Shown: in pieces, positions 39,802 through 50,103 of the stretch | Numbering within the stretch: the stretch's first letter is position 1 | Layout of the letters: every line of letters begins with the position of its first letter | Origin: Oceanispirochaeta sp. | Lineage (GTDB): Bacteria; Spirochaetota; Spirochaetia; DSM-2461 | Assembly (NCBI GenBank): GCA_963663385.2 | Contig: CAXXXD010000002.1 | Coordinates: forward strand, 224,001-288,000 | DNA: 64,000 bases | Reading direction: 5' to 3' | Made by a program: the position numbers and the translations under genes | The notes under the pieces: generated by a model | Seen by the model: only the letters and a program-made list of their open reading frames with translations | Told to the model about the DNA's origin: nothing | Database searches by the model: none

Positions 39802-42800
39802 ATGAATGACAGTCTGTTTCTCTGCAGTGCTCCGGGGAAGCTGTTTATGTTTTATCCTATGCGGTCCGGGATGTCTCTGAAAGCACTGCTCTTCATACTG
39901 ATATGTTTTATTTCTCCCTTTGTGCTTTTCTCTCAGAATACGGCACATGTATTTGTTCTGCACTCGTATCATGAAGGACTGCCCTGGAGCAGGGGACTGG
40001 AGAAGGGCCTGGATCAGGGTTTTGACAATGCGGGCGTTCCGGTTGAACTTCATGTGGAATACCTGGACAGGATCAGGGCAAAGGATACATCAATTCTGCA
40101 GGATCTGGAGAATCTGTTTAAAAAGAAACTGAAGGGTATCCCTGTTAATGCGGTAATTGCTACCGATGATCCGGCATTCAGCTTCCTGCTGGAGAGAAGG
40201 GAGGCCCTTTTCCCGGGAGTTCCCCTGTTTTTCTGCGGGCCCAACGGCCTTAAGTCGTCGGGGATAAAGGATATAACGGCAATCACTGGTATCGCAGAGA
40301 ATCCTGATATGAGAGGAACCATTGATCTTGTTCAGAAACTCCACCCTCAGGCCGGGGAATTTGCGGTGGTTTCTGATCGCAACCCGGCCAGCCTCCGTGT
40401 CCTGAATACGTTGAATCAGATTCAGAGGGAAATGAAGGAATCCTTTACCCTTAATGTGCTGACAGATGAGAGTCTGGACAGTTTGAAAAGGGAACTGCAC
40501 TCTCTTCCCGCGGGAACACCTGTTCTGTATCATGCTTTTATGCAGGATTCCTCAGGCCGGGAATACGGGAGTAATCTTGCTGTTCTGGAGGAGTTGAGTA
40601 CTGAGGTCAATCTTCCTTTCTATACTTTTAAAAAGATTGACATGGGGCATGGAGCAGTCGGGGGATCAGTCATAAGCGAGGAGCTGATGGCTTCTCTGAC
40701 GGCACAGATGGTTGCCGAGTATCTGAAGGGGAAATCTCTCCGGGATATTCCGCCGGTTTTTGATACGCCGCAGGTTTTTATTTTTGATGCGAACCAGTTG
40801 AAGCGACTGAACATTCCCGAGTCAGAACTCCCTTCCGGGAGTATTGTCATCAATCGCAGAATTTCAACCTATGAAGCGAATAAAGCCCTGTTCCGGAGTG
40901 TTAGTATCATATTCTGCCTACTGGTGTTATTGGTATCTGTTCTGGCTCTGAATGTCAGGCGCCGGATTGCTGCGGAAAGGCAGCTGAAACTTATAAACGA
41001 GGACCTGGAACAGAGGGTTAGGGACCGGACTGAAGACTTTAATCAGGCCCTGCTCAGGGCTGAAGCCGCTACCAGGGTAAAGAGTGACTTCCTTGCCAAT
41101 ATGAGTCATGAAATCCGAACGCCCATGAATGCAATTATCGGTATGTCTCATCTGATCTCGCAGACACCGCTGAACGACAAGCAGAAAGACTATATAGACA
41201 AGATTACCATGGCCGGTAAATCCCTGCTGAATATAATAAATGATATTCTGGATTTTTCCAGAATTGAAGCAGGCAAGCTGGAAATCCAGAGCAGGGAATT
41301 CAATCTGGATAATGTGCTGGACAACCTTTCCAATCTCAATTCACAGCGCGCTTCCGCAAAGGGGCTGGAACTCCTTTTCCGTGTGGATCCCGATGTTCCG
41401 CGCATTCTAAGAGGTGATGATCTGCGGCTGGGGCAGGTGCTTCTCAATCTGGTTTCCAATGCTGTTAAATTTACCGATAAAGGAGAAATCCTTGTATCTG
41501 TGAATGTGAAAGAGAGAACCGGTGAGAAGGTTATTCTGGAGTTCTGTGTCAGGGATTCGGGAATCGGGATGACTCGTGAACAGATGGCCACTCTGTTTGA
41601 ATCCTTTACCCAGGCGGATGCGTCCACTACCAGAAAATACGGAGGAACAGGGCTGGGGCTGGCTATTTCCAAATACCTGGCGAATCTGATGAATGGCGTG
41701 ATCTCTGTTGAAAGTACGCCCGGTAAAGGAAGCCGGTTTACGGTTGCCCTTCCTTTTTATACGGGAAATCTCTCTTCTGCAGCGGCTCTGCCGTCTCCCG
41801 GAGGGCATAATAACTATAATGTACTGATTATTGATGATAACGAAACCAGCCGGGAGATCCTCTCTGAATACCTGAAGGCCTTTGGTTTTTCAACAGAAGA
41901 TGTCGAGAGTGCAGAAAAGGGAATTGAGCTGTTAAACACTGGAAAAAGGTCTTTTGAGATTGTTCTGATGGATTACCGGATGGCAGGGCTGGACGGTATT
42001 ACCGCAACCGAAACAATAAAAAGACAAAGTGGAGACGGACATGTCCCTGCGGTCATTCTGATCACAGCCTACGGACAGGATGACGTTCTTAAAAGGGCGG
42101 AAGCGGCGGGAGCCGACAGTGTTCTTATAAAACCGGTATCTCCTGTGGTTCTTTATAATGCTATTCTAAAGGCTTTGGGGCGGGAAGACATAGTTCCGTT
42201 GAACAGGAATATTCAGGCATCCGTACCCAGAGGCTGTTTTAAGGGGCATAAGGCTCTTGTTGTAGAAGATGTTGAAATTAATCAGCAGGTGGCTAAAGAA
42301 CTGCTGGAAGGTTTTGGCCTGGAGGTGGATCTGGCAGGAAATGGGCAGGTTGCTCTGGATCAATATTTCAGCCCTCCCGGGCGGGAGGACTACTTCTCTC
42401 TTGTCTTTATGGATATCCAGATGCCAGTTATGAACGGGTTTGACGCGGCAAGAGGGATCCGGAAAATTAACCCGGCAATTCCTATTGTTGCCATGACGGC
42501 AAATACCATGGATGGGGACAGGGAAAAATCCCTTTCGGTTGGAATGAATGACTACATAACCAAACCGATTGATCCCGGCAAACTGTATCGGGTACTGGTC
42601 CGGCTGCTGGGGCTGCCGGAAGATGCCGGTCCAGATACAAAAATCCCTGAAGCAGCGCCTGCGGTTACGGCTAATCCTGTTCTGGATAAACTGATCGGAA
42701 TTGATGTGAATGATGGGCTTTGCAGGGTCGGCGGGAATGAAGAGTTGTATATAGAACTGATTCAGGATTTTTATAGAGAGTACAGGAATTCGGCAGAATC

Positions 42801-43287
42801 CTTTCTGTCTCTGATGGAAAAGGATAATAAGGAACCGGCCCGCCGTCTGGTCCACTCCCTGAAAGGAGTTGCCGGAAATCTGGGAATGAAGGATCTTCAT
42901 TCCGCTATCCAATCCCTGGAAAAAGCAGTAAAGGAAGAGGCGTACGATACGATCTGGACTTTTTATAGAACTTTTAAAGACCGGCTTGAAAGGGTTCTGA
43001 AAAGGATAGAGGCTGCCGGTCTTCTGGATACCGATAAAAACTCACCCTTCCCGGATTCTCCCTTCGAGAAAACAGAAGTCATTCATTCTCTGAAAACCTT
43101 TGTTACCTATGCATCCGGCAGACAGGCCAGACTGGCTGGTGATTCCATAAAGAGCCTTACGTCCCTTAACTGGCCGGAGGAATTTAAATTGAATTTTGAT
43201 GAAATCGCACGGCTGACTAAGGGGTATAAACTGAAGGAAGCCGGTGTAATGGCGGAAAACCTGGTTAGAAGTCTGGAGGAAAATTAA
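39802..43287 (+). CDS. Hybrid sensor kinase (periplasmic binding-type sensor, HisKA, HATPase, 2 REC, HPt)
   Basis: HSYH sensor motif; [17 protein letters not shown]; two receivers; [11 protein letters not shown]; true start may be 39871. Confidence 0.93.
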   Translation: MNDSLFLCSAPGKLFMFYPMRSGMSLKALLFILICFISPFVLFSQNTAHVFVLHSYHEGLPWSRGLEKGLDQGFDNAGVPVELHVEYLDRIRAKDTSILQDLENLFKKKLKGIPVNAVIATDDPAFSFLLERREALFPGVPLFFCGPNGLKSSGIKDITAITGIAENPDMRGTIDLVQKLHPQAGEFAVVSDRNPASLRVLNTLNQIQREMKESFTLNVLTDESLDSLKRELHSLPAGTPVLYHAFMQDSSGREYGSNLAVLEELSTEVNLPFYTFKKIDMGHGAVGGSVISEELMASLTAQMVAEYLKGKSLRDIPPVFDTPQVFIFDANQLKRLNIPESELPSGSIVINRRISTYEANKALFRSVSIIFCLLVLLVSVLALNVRRRIAAERQLKLINEDLEQRVRDRTEDFNQALLRAEAATRVKSDFLANMSHEIRTPMNAIIGMSHLISQTPLNDKQKDYIDKITMAGKSLLNIINDILDFSRIEAGKLEIQSREFNLDNVLDNLSNLNSQRASAKGLELLFRVDPDVPRILRGDDLRLGQVLLNLVSNAVKFTDKGEILVSVNVKERTGEKVILEFCVRDSGIGMTREQMATLFESFTQADASTTRKYGGTGLGLAISKYLANLMNGVISVESTPGKGSRFTVALPFYTGNLSSAAALPSPGGHNNYNVLIIDDNETSREILSEYLKAFGFSTEDVESAEKGIELLNTGKRSFEIVLMDYRMAGLDGITATETIKRQSGDGHVPAVILITAYGQDDVLKRAEAAGADSVLIKPVSPVVLYNAILKALGREDIVPLNRNIQASVPRGCFKGHKALVVEDVEINQQVAKELLEGFGLEVDLAGNGQVALDQYFSPPGREDYFSLVFMDIQMPVMNGFDAARGIRKINPAIPIVAMTANTMDGDREKSLSVGMNDYITKPIDPGKLYRVLVRLLGLPEDAGPDTKIPEAAPAVTANPVLDKLIGIDVNDGLCRVGGNEELYIELIQDFYREYRNSAESFLSLMEKDNKEPARRLVHSLKGVAGNLGMKDLHSAIQSLEKAVKEEAYDTIWTFYRTFKDRLERVLKRIEAAGLLDTDKNSPFPDSPFEKTEVIHSLKTFVTYASGRQARLAGDSIKSLTSLNWPEEFKLNFDEIARLTKGYKLKEAGVMAENLVRSLEEN

Positions 43288-44403
43288 GTGTTGGAAATGA
43301 CTGAAAATGCCAAAGTTTTAATAGTCGACGATACTCCTCAAAATATTGACATCCTTGTAGAGTCTCTGGGTGACAAGTATTCCCTTATAGCCGCTTCAGG
43401 GGGGCAGGATGCCCTGGACGCCGTTAACGAAACCATGCCCGATATAATCCTCCTTGATATCATGATGCCTGAAATCAACGGACTTGATGTCTGCCGTATC
43501 CTTAAGCAGAGAGAGGATACCGAAGGAATCCCGATTATCTTTCTGACAGCGGCCGAAGAGATCGAGATGAAAACCCGGGGGTTCGAACTGGGGGCTGTCG
43601 ACTATGTCACAAAGCCTTTTGATATCCGGGAAGTTCAGGCCCGTGTGGAAACGCATTTGACGAACAAATTCGCCAGGGACTTTCTAAAAGATCAGAACAG
43701 GACTCTGGAAGGTCTGGTGAGGGCCAGAACAAGGCAGATTGAAAAAACAGAGGATGTTACCATTCGAATGGCCGCTTCTCTGGCGGAAACGCGGGATAAT
43801 GAGACGGGAACGCATATTCTTCGGACTCAGAAATATCTGGGTATTCTGGCCAGAGCTTTGGTTGCCCGGGGGCTCTTCTGTGATGAACTGACTGAAAAAA
43901 ATATAAATACTCTAATCAAATCCGCTCCTCTTCATGATATCGGTAAAATCGGTGTTCCCGACAGTATCCTGCTTAAGCCCGGGAAATTGACGGATGAGGA
44001 ATTTGCGGAGATGAAGAAGCATACCATATACGGTAATGAATCCCTTCATAAGGCGGATCAGAACATAGAAGGGGAATCTTTTCTCCGTTATGCCAGAGAA
44101 ATTGCATACACCCATCATGAAAAATGGGACGGAACGGGTTACCCCCGGAATCTGAAGGGGGAAGAGATTCCGCTGACGGGCAGAATTATGGCTATTGCGG
44201 ATGTTTATGATGCCCTTATCTGCAAAAGGGTATATAAATCGCCCATGCCGCACAGCAAGGCGGTAGAGATTATTAAAGAGGGGAAGGGACGCCATTTTGA
44301 TCCGTCACTGACGGACTGCTTTCTGGAGATCCACGAAGCCTTCCGGGATGTCGCCCTGTCTTATGCTGAGAATGAGGAGGAACGGAACATCCTTGGAATG
44401 TAG
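43288..44403 (+). CDS. REC + HD-GYP cyclic-di-GMP phosphodiesterase (RpfG-like)
   Basis: LHDIGKIG, HHEKWDGTGYP, ADVYDAL. Confidence 0.95.
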   Translation: MLEMTENAKVLIVDDTPQNIDILVESLGDKYSLIAASGGQDALDAVNETMPDIILLDIMMPEINGLDVCRILKQREDTEGIPIIFLTAAEEIEMKTRGFELGAVDYVTKPFDIREVQARVETHLTNKFARDFLKDQNRTLEGLVRARTRQIEKTEDVTIRMAASLAETRDNETGTHILRTQKYLGILARALVARGLFCDELTEKNINTLIKSAPLHDIGKIGVPDSILLKPGKLTDEEFAEMKKHTIYGNESLHKADQNIEGESFLRYAREIAYTHHEKWDGTGYPRNLKGEEIPLTGRIMAIADVYDALICKRVYKSPMPHSKAVEIIKEGKGRHFDPSLTDCFLEIHEAFRDVALSYAENEEERNILGM

Positions 44404-44515
44404 CTGTAATCCGCAGTTACAGCCGGGAACTGTTTTTATCCGGCTAAAGCAGAACTGTATGATGAAAGCTATCTTCATTGGCCGGTCGTTTATGCTACTA
44501 TGCTTGCAGGTCCGG

Positions 44516-44546
44516 AATCGGGGAGAAAATCTCCGATTGTTTTTTT
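44516..44546 (+). terminator. Rho-independent terminator
   Basis: AATCGGGGA-GAAAA-TCTCCGATT then G and 7 T. Confidence 0.75.
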
Positions 44547-44595
44547 ACTGGGTTTGTGGGGAAAGGGCAGTCGAGAATGGTATCATACGCTAAAA

Positions 44596-44645
44596 GGCAA
44601 GGAGAGAATCGGATGCGTCGAACGCAACCGACGCTCTCAGGTGCC
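44596..44645 (-). terminator. Long hairpin 3' of the acidic mini-gene
   Basis: Minus strand GGCACCTGAGAGCGTCGGTTGCG-TTCGA-CGCATCCGATTCTCTCCTTGCC then TTTT. Confidence 0.6.
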
Positions 44646-44654
44646 GTCTACTCT

Positions 44655-44762
44655 CTAGCAGTTTTCATCGTAGTCATCATCCGGCTCGTAGTCGTAATCA
44701 TCCTCAGATCCGTACTTTTCATCATCTTCAAGCTCGTCATCATCATACGAATAATCACTCAT
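44655..44762 (-). CDS. 35-aa highly acidic Asp/Tyr-rich small protein
   Basis: MSDYSYDDDELEDDEKYGSEDDYDYEPDDDYDENC; SD AGGAGG 6 nt upstream; TATAAT at 44786-44781; below the ORF-track cutoff. Confidence 0.7.
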   Translation of the reverse strand: MSDYSYDDDELEDDEKYGSEDDYDYEPDDDYDENC

Positions 44763-44933
44763 GATCATCCTCCTGTGCTGATTATAGTCAAGCTTTTTGA
44801 GAATGGGATAGCCTGTTTTATCGTTTCTGAGATTTTTAAGTCGATGGAGTCATTTCGTAAATTCCCTATGGATAAGTTTAAAAACTTGCCCTGCTGTTTT
44901 TGCAGGCTTAGAATTAGGCAATAAAGGCAGCTC

Positions 44934-45581
44934 ATGAATAGTGGTGTTTTCAGTAAAGATCTGATAGCTGTGGTAGTAGCGCATCCTGATGATGAGACTC
45001 TCTGGGCCGGAGGGTCAATCCTGAGAGGGGATTTCCGCAGCTGTACGGTTCTCAGTCTGTGCCGGGGAAGCGATCCCGACAGAGCTCCCCGTTTTTTCCA
45101 CGCCCTGAAGGAATTGGGTGCTACGGGACAGATGGCGGATCTTGATGACGGTCCTGATCAGTTTCCCCTTGATGAATGCCTTATCATTGAAGCAATTAAA
45201 GAAAATCTTCCTCCCTGCCACTATGACAGAATCTACACACATAGCCCTCAGGGCGAGTATTCCCGGCATCTCAGACATGAAGAGACCGGCCGGGCTGTAT
45301 TGAAAATGTGGCTGTCCGGAGAGATCCGGGCAAAGCAGATTTTCCTTTTTGCCTATGAAGACGGAGGGCGCTCCTATCTGCCCCGGGCGATTGATTGTGC
45401 TTCTGTAAGAGTCAAACTTCCTGAGCCGGTATGGTGGAAGAAATACCGGATTGTGACAGAAATCTACAATTTCAGCACAGACAGTTTTGAAGCACGAACG
45501 ACACCGGAAACAGAAGCTTTCTGGTCTATCGAAACCCGGAAAGAAGCCGGAAAGTGGCTGAATAAAGGATCGTTTAAATGA
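44934..45581 (+). CDS. PIG-L/LmbE family de-N-acetylase-like protein
   Basis: VVAHPDDETL; THSPQGEYSRHLRH; promoter TTGCCC-17-TAGAAT upstream. Confidence 0.88.
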   Translation: MNSGVFSKDLIAVVVAHPDDETLWAGGSILRGDFRSCTVLSLCRGSDPDRAPRFFHALKELGATGQMADLDDGPDQFPLDECLIIEAIKENLPPCHYDRIYTHSPQGEYSRHLRHEETGRAVLKMWLSGEIRAKQIFLFAYEDGGRSYLPRAIDCASVRVKLPEPVWWKKYRIVTEIYNFSTDSFEARTTPETEAFWSIETRKEAGKWLNKGSFK

Positions 45582-46753
45582 AAGTCCTGGTTTTGTATGA
45601 CTATCCGCCACCTCCCGGAGGATTGGCAACTCAGGGAGATATGCTTCTAAGAGGGCTCCGAGAAATCGGTGTTGACGCCCATGCCGCTCACTATGAGTCG
45701 GCTCAGGAAAAGGAGTGGTATTACAGGTGGTATAAACCCGATGTCGTTGTCGGTGTAGGATACTGGGGCTATGCTCCCCAGGTTATTATTCATCCCCAGA
45801 GTTTTGGACAGCAGGCTGTTCCCTGGCTGGTGGCCGATGGTTACATCGCGAATTATCAGGATGTACTTAATAAACTGCCCCTGATACTGGTGACTTCAGA
45901 ATGGGTCAAGAATATGTATATCCGTGATGGTATCAGCGGTGACAATATAGAAGTCCTTCCGGTGGGCTGCGATACCGACTCGTTTATACCATTCAGTTTC
46001 AATGATCCCAAAATATGTGCGGTGAGAGAGGCTTTTGACGTTAACCCCGGCCAATTGATGATTCTGACAATAGGGGGCGATGCCGCATCCAAGGGGGGAC
46101 GTGAAGTTATGCAGGCCCTTGCCTCATTGGGTGATGAAGTCCCTGACTGGAAATACGTCTGTAAAGTGTGGCCTCAGTACAGAACCTCCCTGCAGAATTC
46201 CTCTGATATGCAGCTGGCTGCCGAATTGGGAATTGAAAAAAAAGTTATTTTTCAGACAAGTAAAGTCTCCCGGAATTTTGTTCCTTATCTTATCGGCGCA
46301 TGCGATATCTATGCGGCGCCGTCCCGTCTGGAAGGTTTCGGAATGCCGCAGGTTGAAGCCTGCTCCTGTGAAAAACCGGTGATAAGCATAAAAGCCATGG
46401 GTCCCCTCGATACGATGATACACGGAGAAACTGCTCTTCTGGCCGGTGTTGCAGAGGAGATCACCCGGGATGAGATAACAGCAGGGGAAGAGTCCGGATA
46501 CTGTAAACCAAAGAGAATCCGGTTCAATCCGCCTCGAGTAGTCGACTACCGGGCAAGTGTTCCCGATATTGCCGATTATCTGAGGATGCTGATGAATGAC
46601 GGGAATCTCAGGATGAAATTGGGCAAAGAAGCGAGAAAGAGAGCTGTGGAGGTCTATAATTATCGAAGGGTCGCTGAGAAATTTCTGGAAATAATCAATC
46701 GGAAGCTGGGAGGGAATCAATATGGAAAAAAAAGAGTGGGAAGTAATCAATGA
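45578..46753 (+). CDS. Glycosyltransferase family 4 (GT-B)
   Basis: YPPPPGG; KG; PSRLEGFGMPQVEA (E-x7-E). Confidence 0.92.
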   Translation: MKVLVLYDYPPPPGGLATQGDMLLRGLREIGVDAHAAHYESAQEKEWYYRWYKPDVVVGVGYWGYAPQVIIHPQSFGQQAVPWLVADGYIANYQDVLNKLPLILVTSEWVKNMYIRDGISGDNIEVLPVGCDTDSFIPFSFNDPKICAVREAFDVNPGQLMILTIGGDAASKGGREVMQALASLGDEVPDWKYVCKVWPQYRTSLQNSSDMQLAAELGIEKKVIFQTSKVSRNFVPYLIGACDIYAAPSRLEGFGMPQVEACSCEKPVISIKAMGPLDTMIHGETALLAGVAEEITRDEITAGEESGYCKPKRIRFNPPRVVDYRASVPDIADYLRMLMNDGNLRMKLGKEARKRAVEVYNYRRVAEKFLEIINRKLGGNQYGKKRVGSNQ

Positions 46754-47888
46754 AGCCGAGAAAGCTGCCATTGAAGTCTTGAAACATAATGCTCACGGTC
46801 CCTTTCTCGGGCTGCCCCGGACAGCAGGGTGGGGGTATCCGGAACCCTATACAAGGGATCTGATGATCGCCCTTCCCGGTATGTTGCTCACGGGAGATGA
46901 AGATCTGGCGGAACAGATGAGGAGAGTGTTGTTCACTCTGGCGGAAAACCAGTCGGAAAACGGCCATATCACGTCTCTGGTTCATGATCCTGAAGATCGC
47001 GGGGCCAGCGATACAACGCCTCTTTTCTTAATTGGACTGGCTATATACAGAGATTATACGGGGGAAGCGGAATTCCTTGATTCTGCTGCAGAAAAAGCTC
47101 TGAATTGGATGAAGCATCAAAGCCCTACGGATAGGTACCTTGTAGCTCAACAGCCGACAACTGACTGGAGAGACGAACAGTGGGTCACCGGTTACGGTCT
47201 TTTTGTAAACACCCTGGTGTACAGCTATCTCAGATTTTTTGATCAGAAAGAGAAAGCAGAGGGACTGAGGAATGCAATCAGTCATTTTACCGTTACCGGC
47301 GGAACAAAGCACCATCATGTTCACGAAGGTCTGGTCGTAAAGGACAAGCCTTACTACGCCTTCTGGTCATTTAAGATTTACAGCAGTGAACGTTTTGATC
47401 TATTGGGCAACAGCCTCGCCATTTTATCGGGTCTGGCCCCTCATTCCAGAACAAGGGATATCATTTCCTGGATAAACAGGGAGTGTGAAAACCTGAAAGC
47501 AAAAGGACAGCTTGCTGTCGATTTGCCTCCGAATTTTTTTCCCTACATAACTCCTGAAGATCCTGACTGGCTCAATAGATATGCTGAATATAATCAACCG
47601 GGGGAATACCATAACGGCGGAATATGGCCCTTTATTTCCGGATTTTATATAGCGGCTCTTGTCGCTGCGGAAGAATACGAACTGGCGGAGCAGAAACTGT
47701 ATACTCTGACAGAACTGATGAAAAAGTCCCGGGATGACAAATTGAGCTACGGATTCAATGAATGGATTAAGGCTCAGACTGGTCAGGTGAAAGGGCAGGA
47801 TTGGCAGACCTGGTCTGCAGCCATGTATCTATATGCCGTTCATTGTGTACGAAGCAGAAAGACTCCTTTTTTTGATAAAATCCGTTAG
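46722..47888 (+). CDS. (alpha/alpha)6 glycoside hydrolase, GH100 invertase-like or glycogen-debranching C-terminal family
   Basis: YTRD, DWRDE, YHNGGIWP, FNEW, QTWSAA. Confidence 0.8.
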   Translation: MEKKEWEVINEAEKAAIEVLKHNAHGPFLGLPRTAGWGYPEPYTRDLMIALPGMLLTGDEDLAEQMRRVLFTLAENQSENGHITSLVHDPEDRGASDTTPLFLIGLAIYRDYTGEAEFLDSAAEKALNWMKHQSPTDRYLVAQQPTTDWRDEQWVTGYGLFVNTLVYSYLRFFDQKEKAEGLRNAISHFTVTGGTKHHHVHEGLVVKDKPYYAFWSFKIYSSERFDLLGNSLAILSGLAPHSRTRDIISWINRECENLKAKGQLAVDLPPNFFPYITPEDPDWLNRYAEYNQPGEYHNGGIWPFISGFYIAALVAAEEYELAEQKLYTLTELMKKSRDDKLSYGFNEWIKAQTGQVKGQDWQTWSAAMYLYAVHCVRSRKTPFFDKIR

Positions 47889-47937
47889 CAAGGCATTTTC
47901 CAGGCTGCAGACTAATGTTCCCGATCTGTTTCTCCGG

Positions 47938-48315
47938 TTAACCCAGAGATATAGATTTCAGACAGAACTCATGTATTTCCCCCAGGGTCCAGTCCCACTT
48001 CTCCGGCCTGAACCCGTCAATGAGGAAGGACTTCTTCTCCTCCATCTCCTGAATAAACCTTACTTTAAGCTTCCTGTCTGATAGAACTGTAACGGATACA
48101 CCATCTCTGGAAGTATAATTCATTAACGGATAGCCCGTAGCAATATGATCTATCCAGATGGTATATTTTTTCTTATCCCCCATGGTTTTAGAATCCAGAG
48201 AAAAGGAAATGGAGACATTGGGCTCCATACAGCTGGCTTCTTCCAGCGAAGTTTCACACTCCTGTAACAGATCTTCCAAATCATTGAAAATCCAGGAATC
48301 TCTATCCTCGGTCAT
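47938..48315 (-). CDS. Hypothetical protein
   Basis: 125-aa ORF with perfect SD AAGGAGGTG; no recognised motif. Confidence 0.7.
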   Translation of the reverse strand: MTEDRDSWIFNDLEDLLQECETSLEEASCMEPNVSISFSLDSKTMGDKKKYTIWIDHIATGYPLMNYTSRDGVSVTVLSDRKLKVRFIQEMEEKKSFLIDGFRPEKWDWTLGEIHEFCLKSISLG

Positions 48316-48633
48316 AGAACCACCTCCTTAAAACTCTTCTGCAGTACTCCTGGAATGCCAGGACCGACCTGATTTCATAACCTCTGAATAAAAAAAAGAA
48401 AAAATGTTTTAATAGTGGTTCTTCGGAAGAAATTCCCGACTGGAGAGGAATGCTTGGCAAGGAGCAGGCAAGTCTGCCCCTGCTGGCTCAGCCAGTTCAG
48501 CGATTCTGACGGCTTATTGTCCATACTTTCAGTATAACCCGGAATTCAAAATCCTCATACAAAATCCTGTCTTTTCCTGCTGCCAGACAGCCTATTGTAA
48601 TTCCGGGAAATAATACCCGGATAAGGGACCTCT

Positions 48634-49884
48634 TTATTTATTATTAAACCTCTTTTTTATGACCCTGACTCCAGAGGCTGGATCAATGAAAATTCCATGA
48701 GATCTGTCAGCCTCCTCGTCAAAGCCGATTTCCAACCCCTGGATATTTACATTCTTATCGATGATGGTCCTTTTTATCCGGCAATCTTTGATAATACTGT
48801 GATTGAAACAGACCACCTGATCAAGATCCGAGTTCGAGATATATACCGATGGAGAAATGACAAGATCCTTCCCTGTCACATCGCTCAGAAATGAGCCTTC
48901 ACACACTATTGCGCTCTCTACCTTACCTTTACGGTTGGGATTTATTACCTTGGCCGGTCCCTGATGGCTGTTCATCGAATAGAAGGGCCACTCCCGGTTG
49001 TACAGGTTGAACGTGGGAGAGGTAGAGACCAGATCCATATTCGCTCTGAAGTATTCTCCAATGGTTCCCACATCTCTCCAGTAGCACCCGTCTCTGCTGG
49101 AGTCTTCTATCACTTCTTCCAGACTCCCGTCTTTTTCTAGAAGCACATTTTCGGGGATATGGTTATATTTACAGTAGTCATAGGCAAGGACTATATTATC
49201 CTGAAGTAATTCAGGTATCAGATTTCTTCCAAACAGATCCCCTTGATGCCTGAGAGCCTTGATAAGTACATCCCGTTTAAAGGCATAGATACCCATGGAA
49301 GCATAAAAATTATCCGTACCCTCTATTTTCCAGGGGGTGTCCTTATCCTTTTCGCGAAAGGATATTATCCGGGAGTCCGGCCCAACCTGGATGGAGCCGA
49401 AATCCGCTGCCTTTTCGATCGGCTGAGGGATAACGCTGATAACGACATCACCCTTTCTATCAGTCAGAAACTTAAGAAAATCATAATACTGCATCCTCAG
49501 GAGGTGATCACCGGGAACAACCAGAATATAATCCGGACTGAAATACTGAATATCATCTATAGCCTGACGCACTGCATCAGCATCTCCGGCATAACTGGTT
49601 CCCAGGATTTGAGGAGACAGGTAATTTACAAAACTGTCCGACTTTTCATCTGCAGGCCATGTGTCCTTAATATGCCTGTGTAACGATCGATCTCTTCCCT
49701 GAGCCAGAATGAGGATTTTCCGGAAACGGGAATGATAGGCATTGCTTAAGGGGATATCAATGAGACGAAATTTTCCCCCTATCGGAACAGCAGGTTTTAA
49801 CCGTTTTTCTGTCAGGGGTTTCAGTCTTTGCCCCTCTCCGCCAGCCAGGATAACAACAAGAGCATCCAGTTCTCTTCCTTTCAT
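48634..49884 (-). CDS. glgC: Glucose-1-phosphate adenylyltransferase (ADP-glucose pyrophosphorylase)
   Basis: ILAGGEGQRLKPLT, KPAVPIGGKFRLID, GDH, ASMGIY, YWRDVGT. Confidence 0.9.
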   Translation of the reverse strand: MKGRELDALVVILAGGEGQRLKPLTEKRLKPAVPIGGKFRLIDIPLSNAYHSRFRKILILAQGRDRSLHRHIKDTWPADEKSDSFVNYLSPQILGTSYAGDADAVRQAIDDIQYFSPDYILVVPGDHLLRMQYYDFLKFLTDRKGDVVISVIPQPIEKAADFGSIQVGPDSRIISFREKDKDTPWKIEGTDNFYASMGIYAFKRDVLIKALRHQGDLFGRNLIPELLQDNIVLAYDYCKYNHIPENVLLEKDGSLEEVIEDSSRDGCYWRDVGTIGEYFRANMDLVSTSPTFNLYNREWPFYSMNSHQGPAKVINPNRKGKVESAIVCEGSFLSDVTGKDLVISPSVYISNSDLDQVVCFNHSIIKDCRIKRTIIDKNVNIQGLEIGFDEEADRSHGIFIDPASGVRVIKKRFNNK

Positions 49885-50103
49885 AAAAAGGAAGTCTAGT
49901 GCTTATATAATCCACCGGCAAGGATTAATATTATTTTTTAAAAAAAACACTGCATTTTTATTCGAGGAGGATGAAATAGCAATCGGGCTTGTAATTCTGT
50001 GATATGGATTTTAAATTCCTGATAATTTTTTCAGTTTCTTTGAATCAGACCTGCTATCTCTCCTGTAGGAATAGTAAACGTGCTATTTTGAAAGGAGAAT
50101 TGA

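Noticed and set aside
42166..42912. 248-aa minus-strand ORF
   Set aside because: Antisense to the hybrid kinase
44655..44762. TCATCA-rich tract as a microsatellite or CRISPR-like repeat
   Set aside because: No fixed repeat unit or spacers; explained by Asp codons of a minus-strand ORF
48420..48510. Minus-strand AATCGCTGAAC-hairpin-CAGGGG resembling the 5' end of the ydaO (c-di-AMP) riboswitch
   Set aside because: The conserved 3' half (CCCGAA..CCGUCAGCUAAC) is absent
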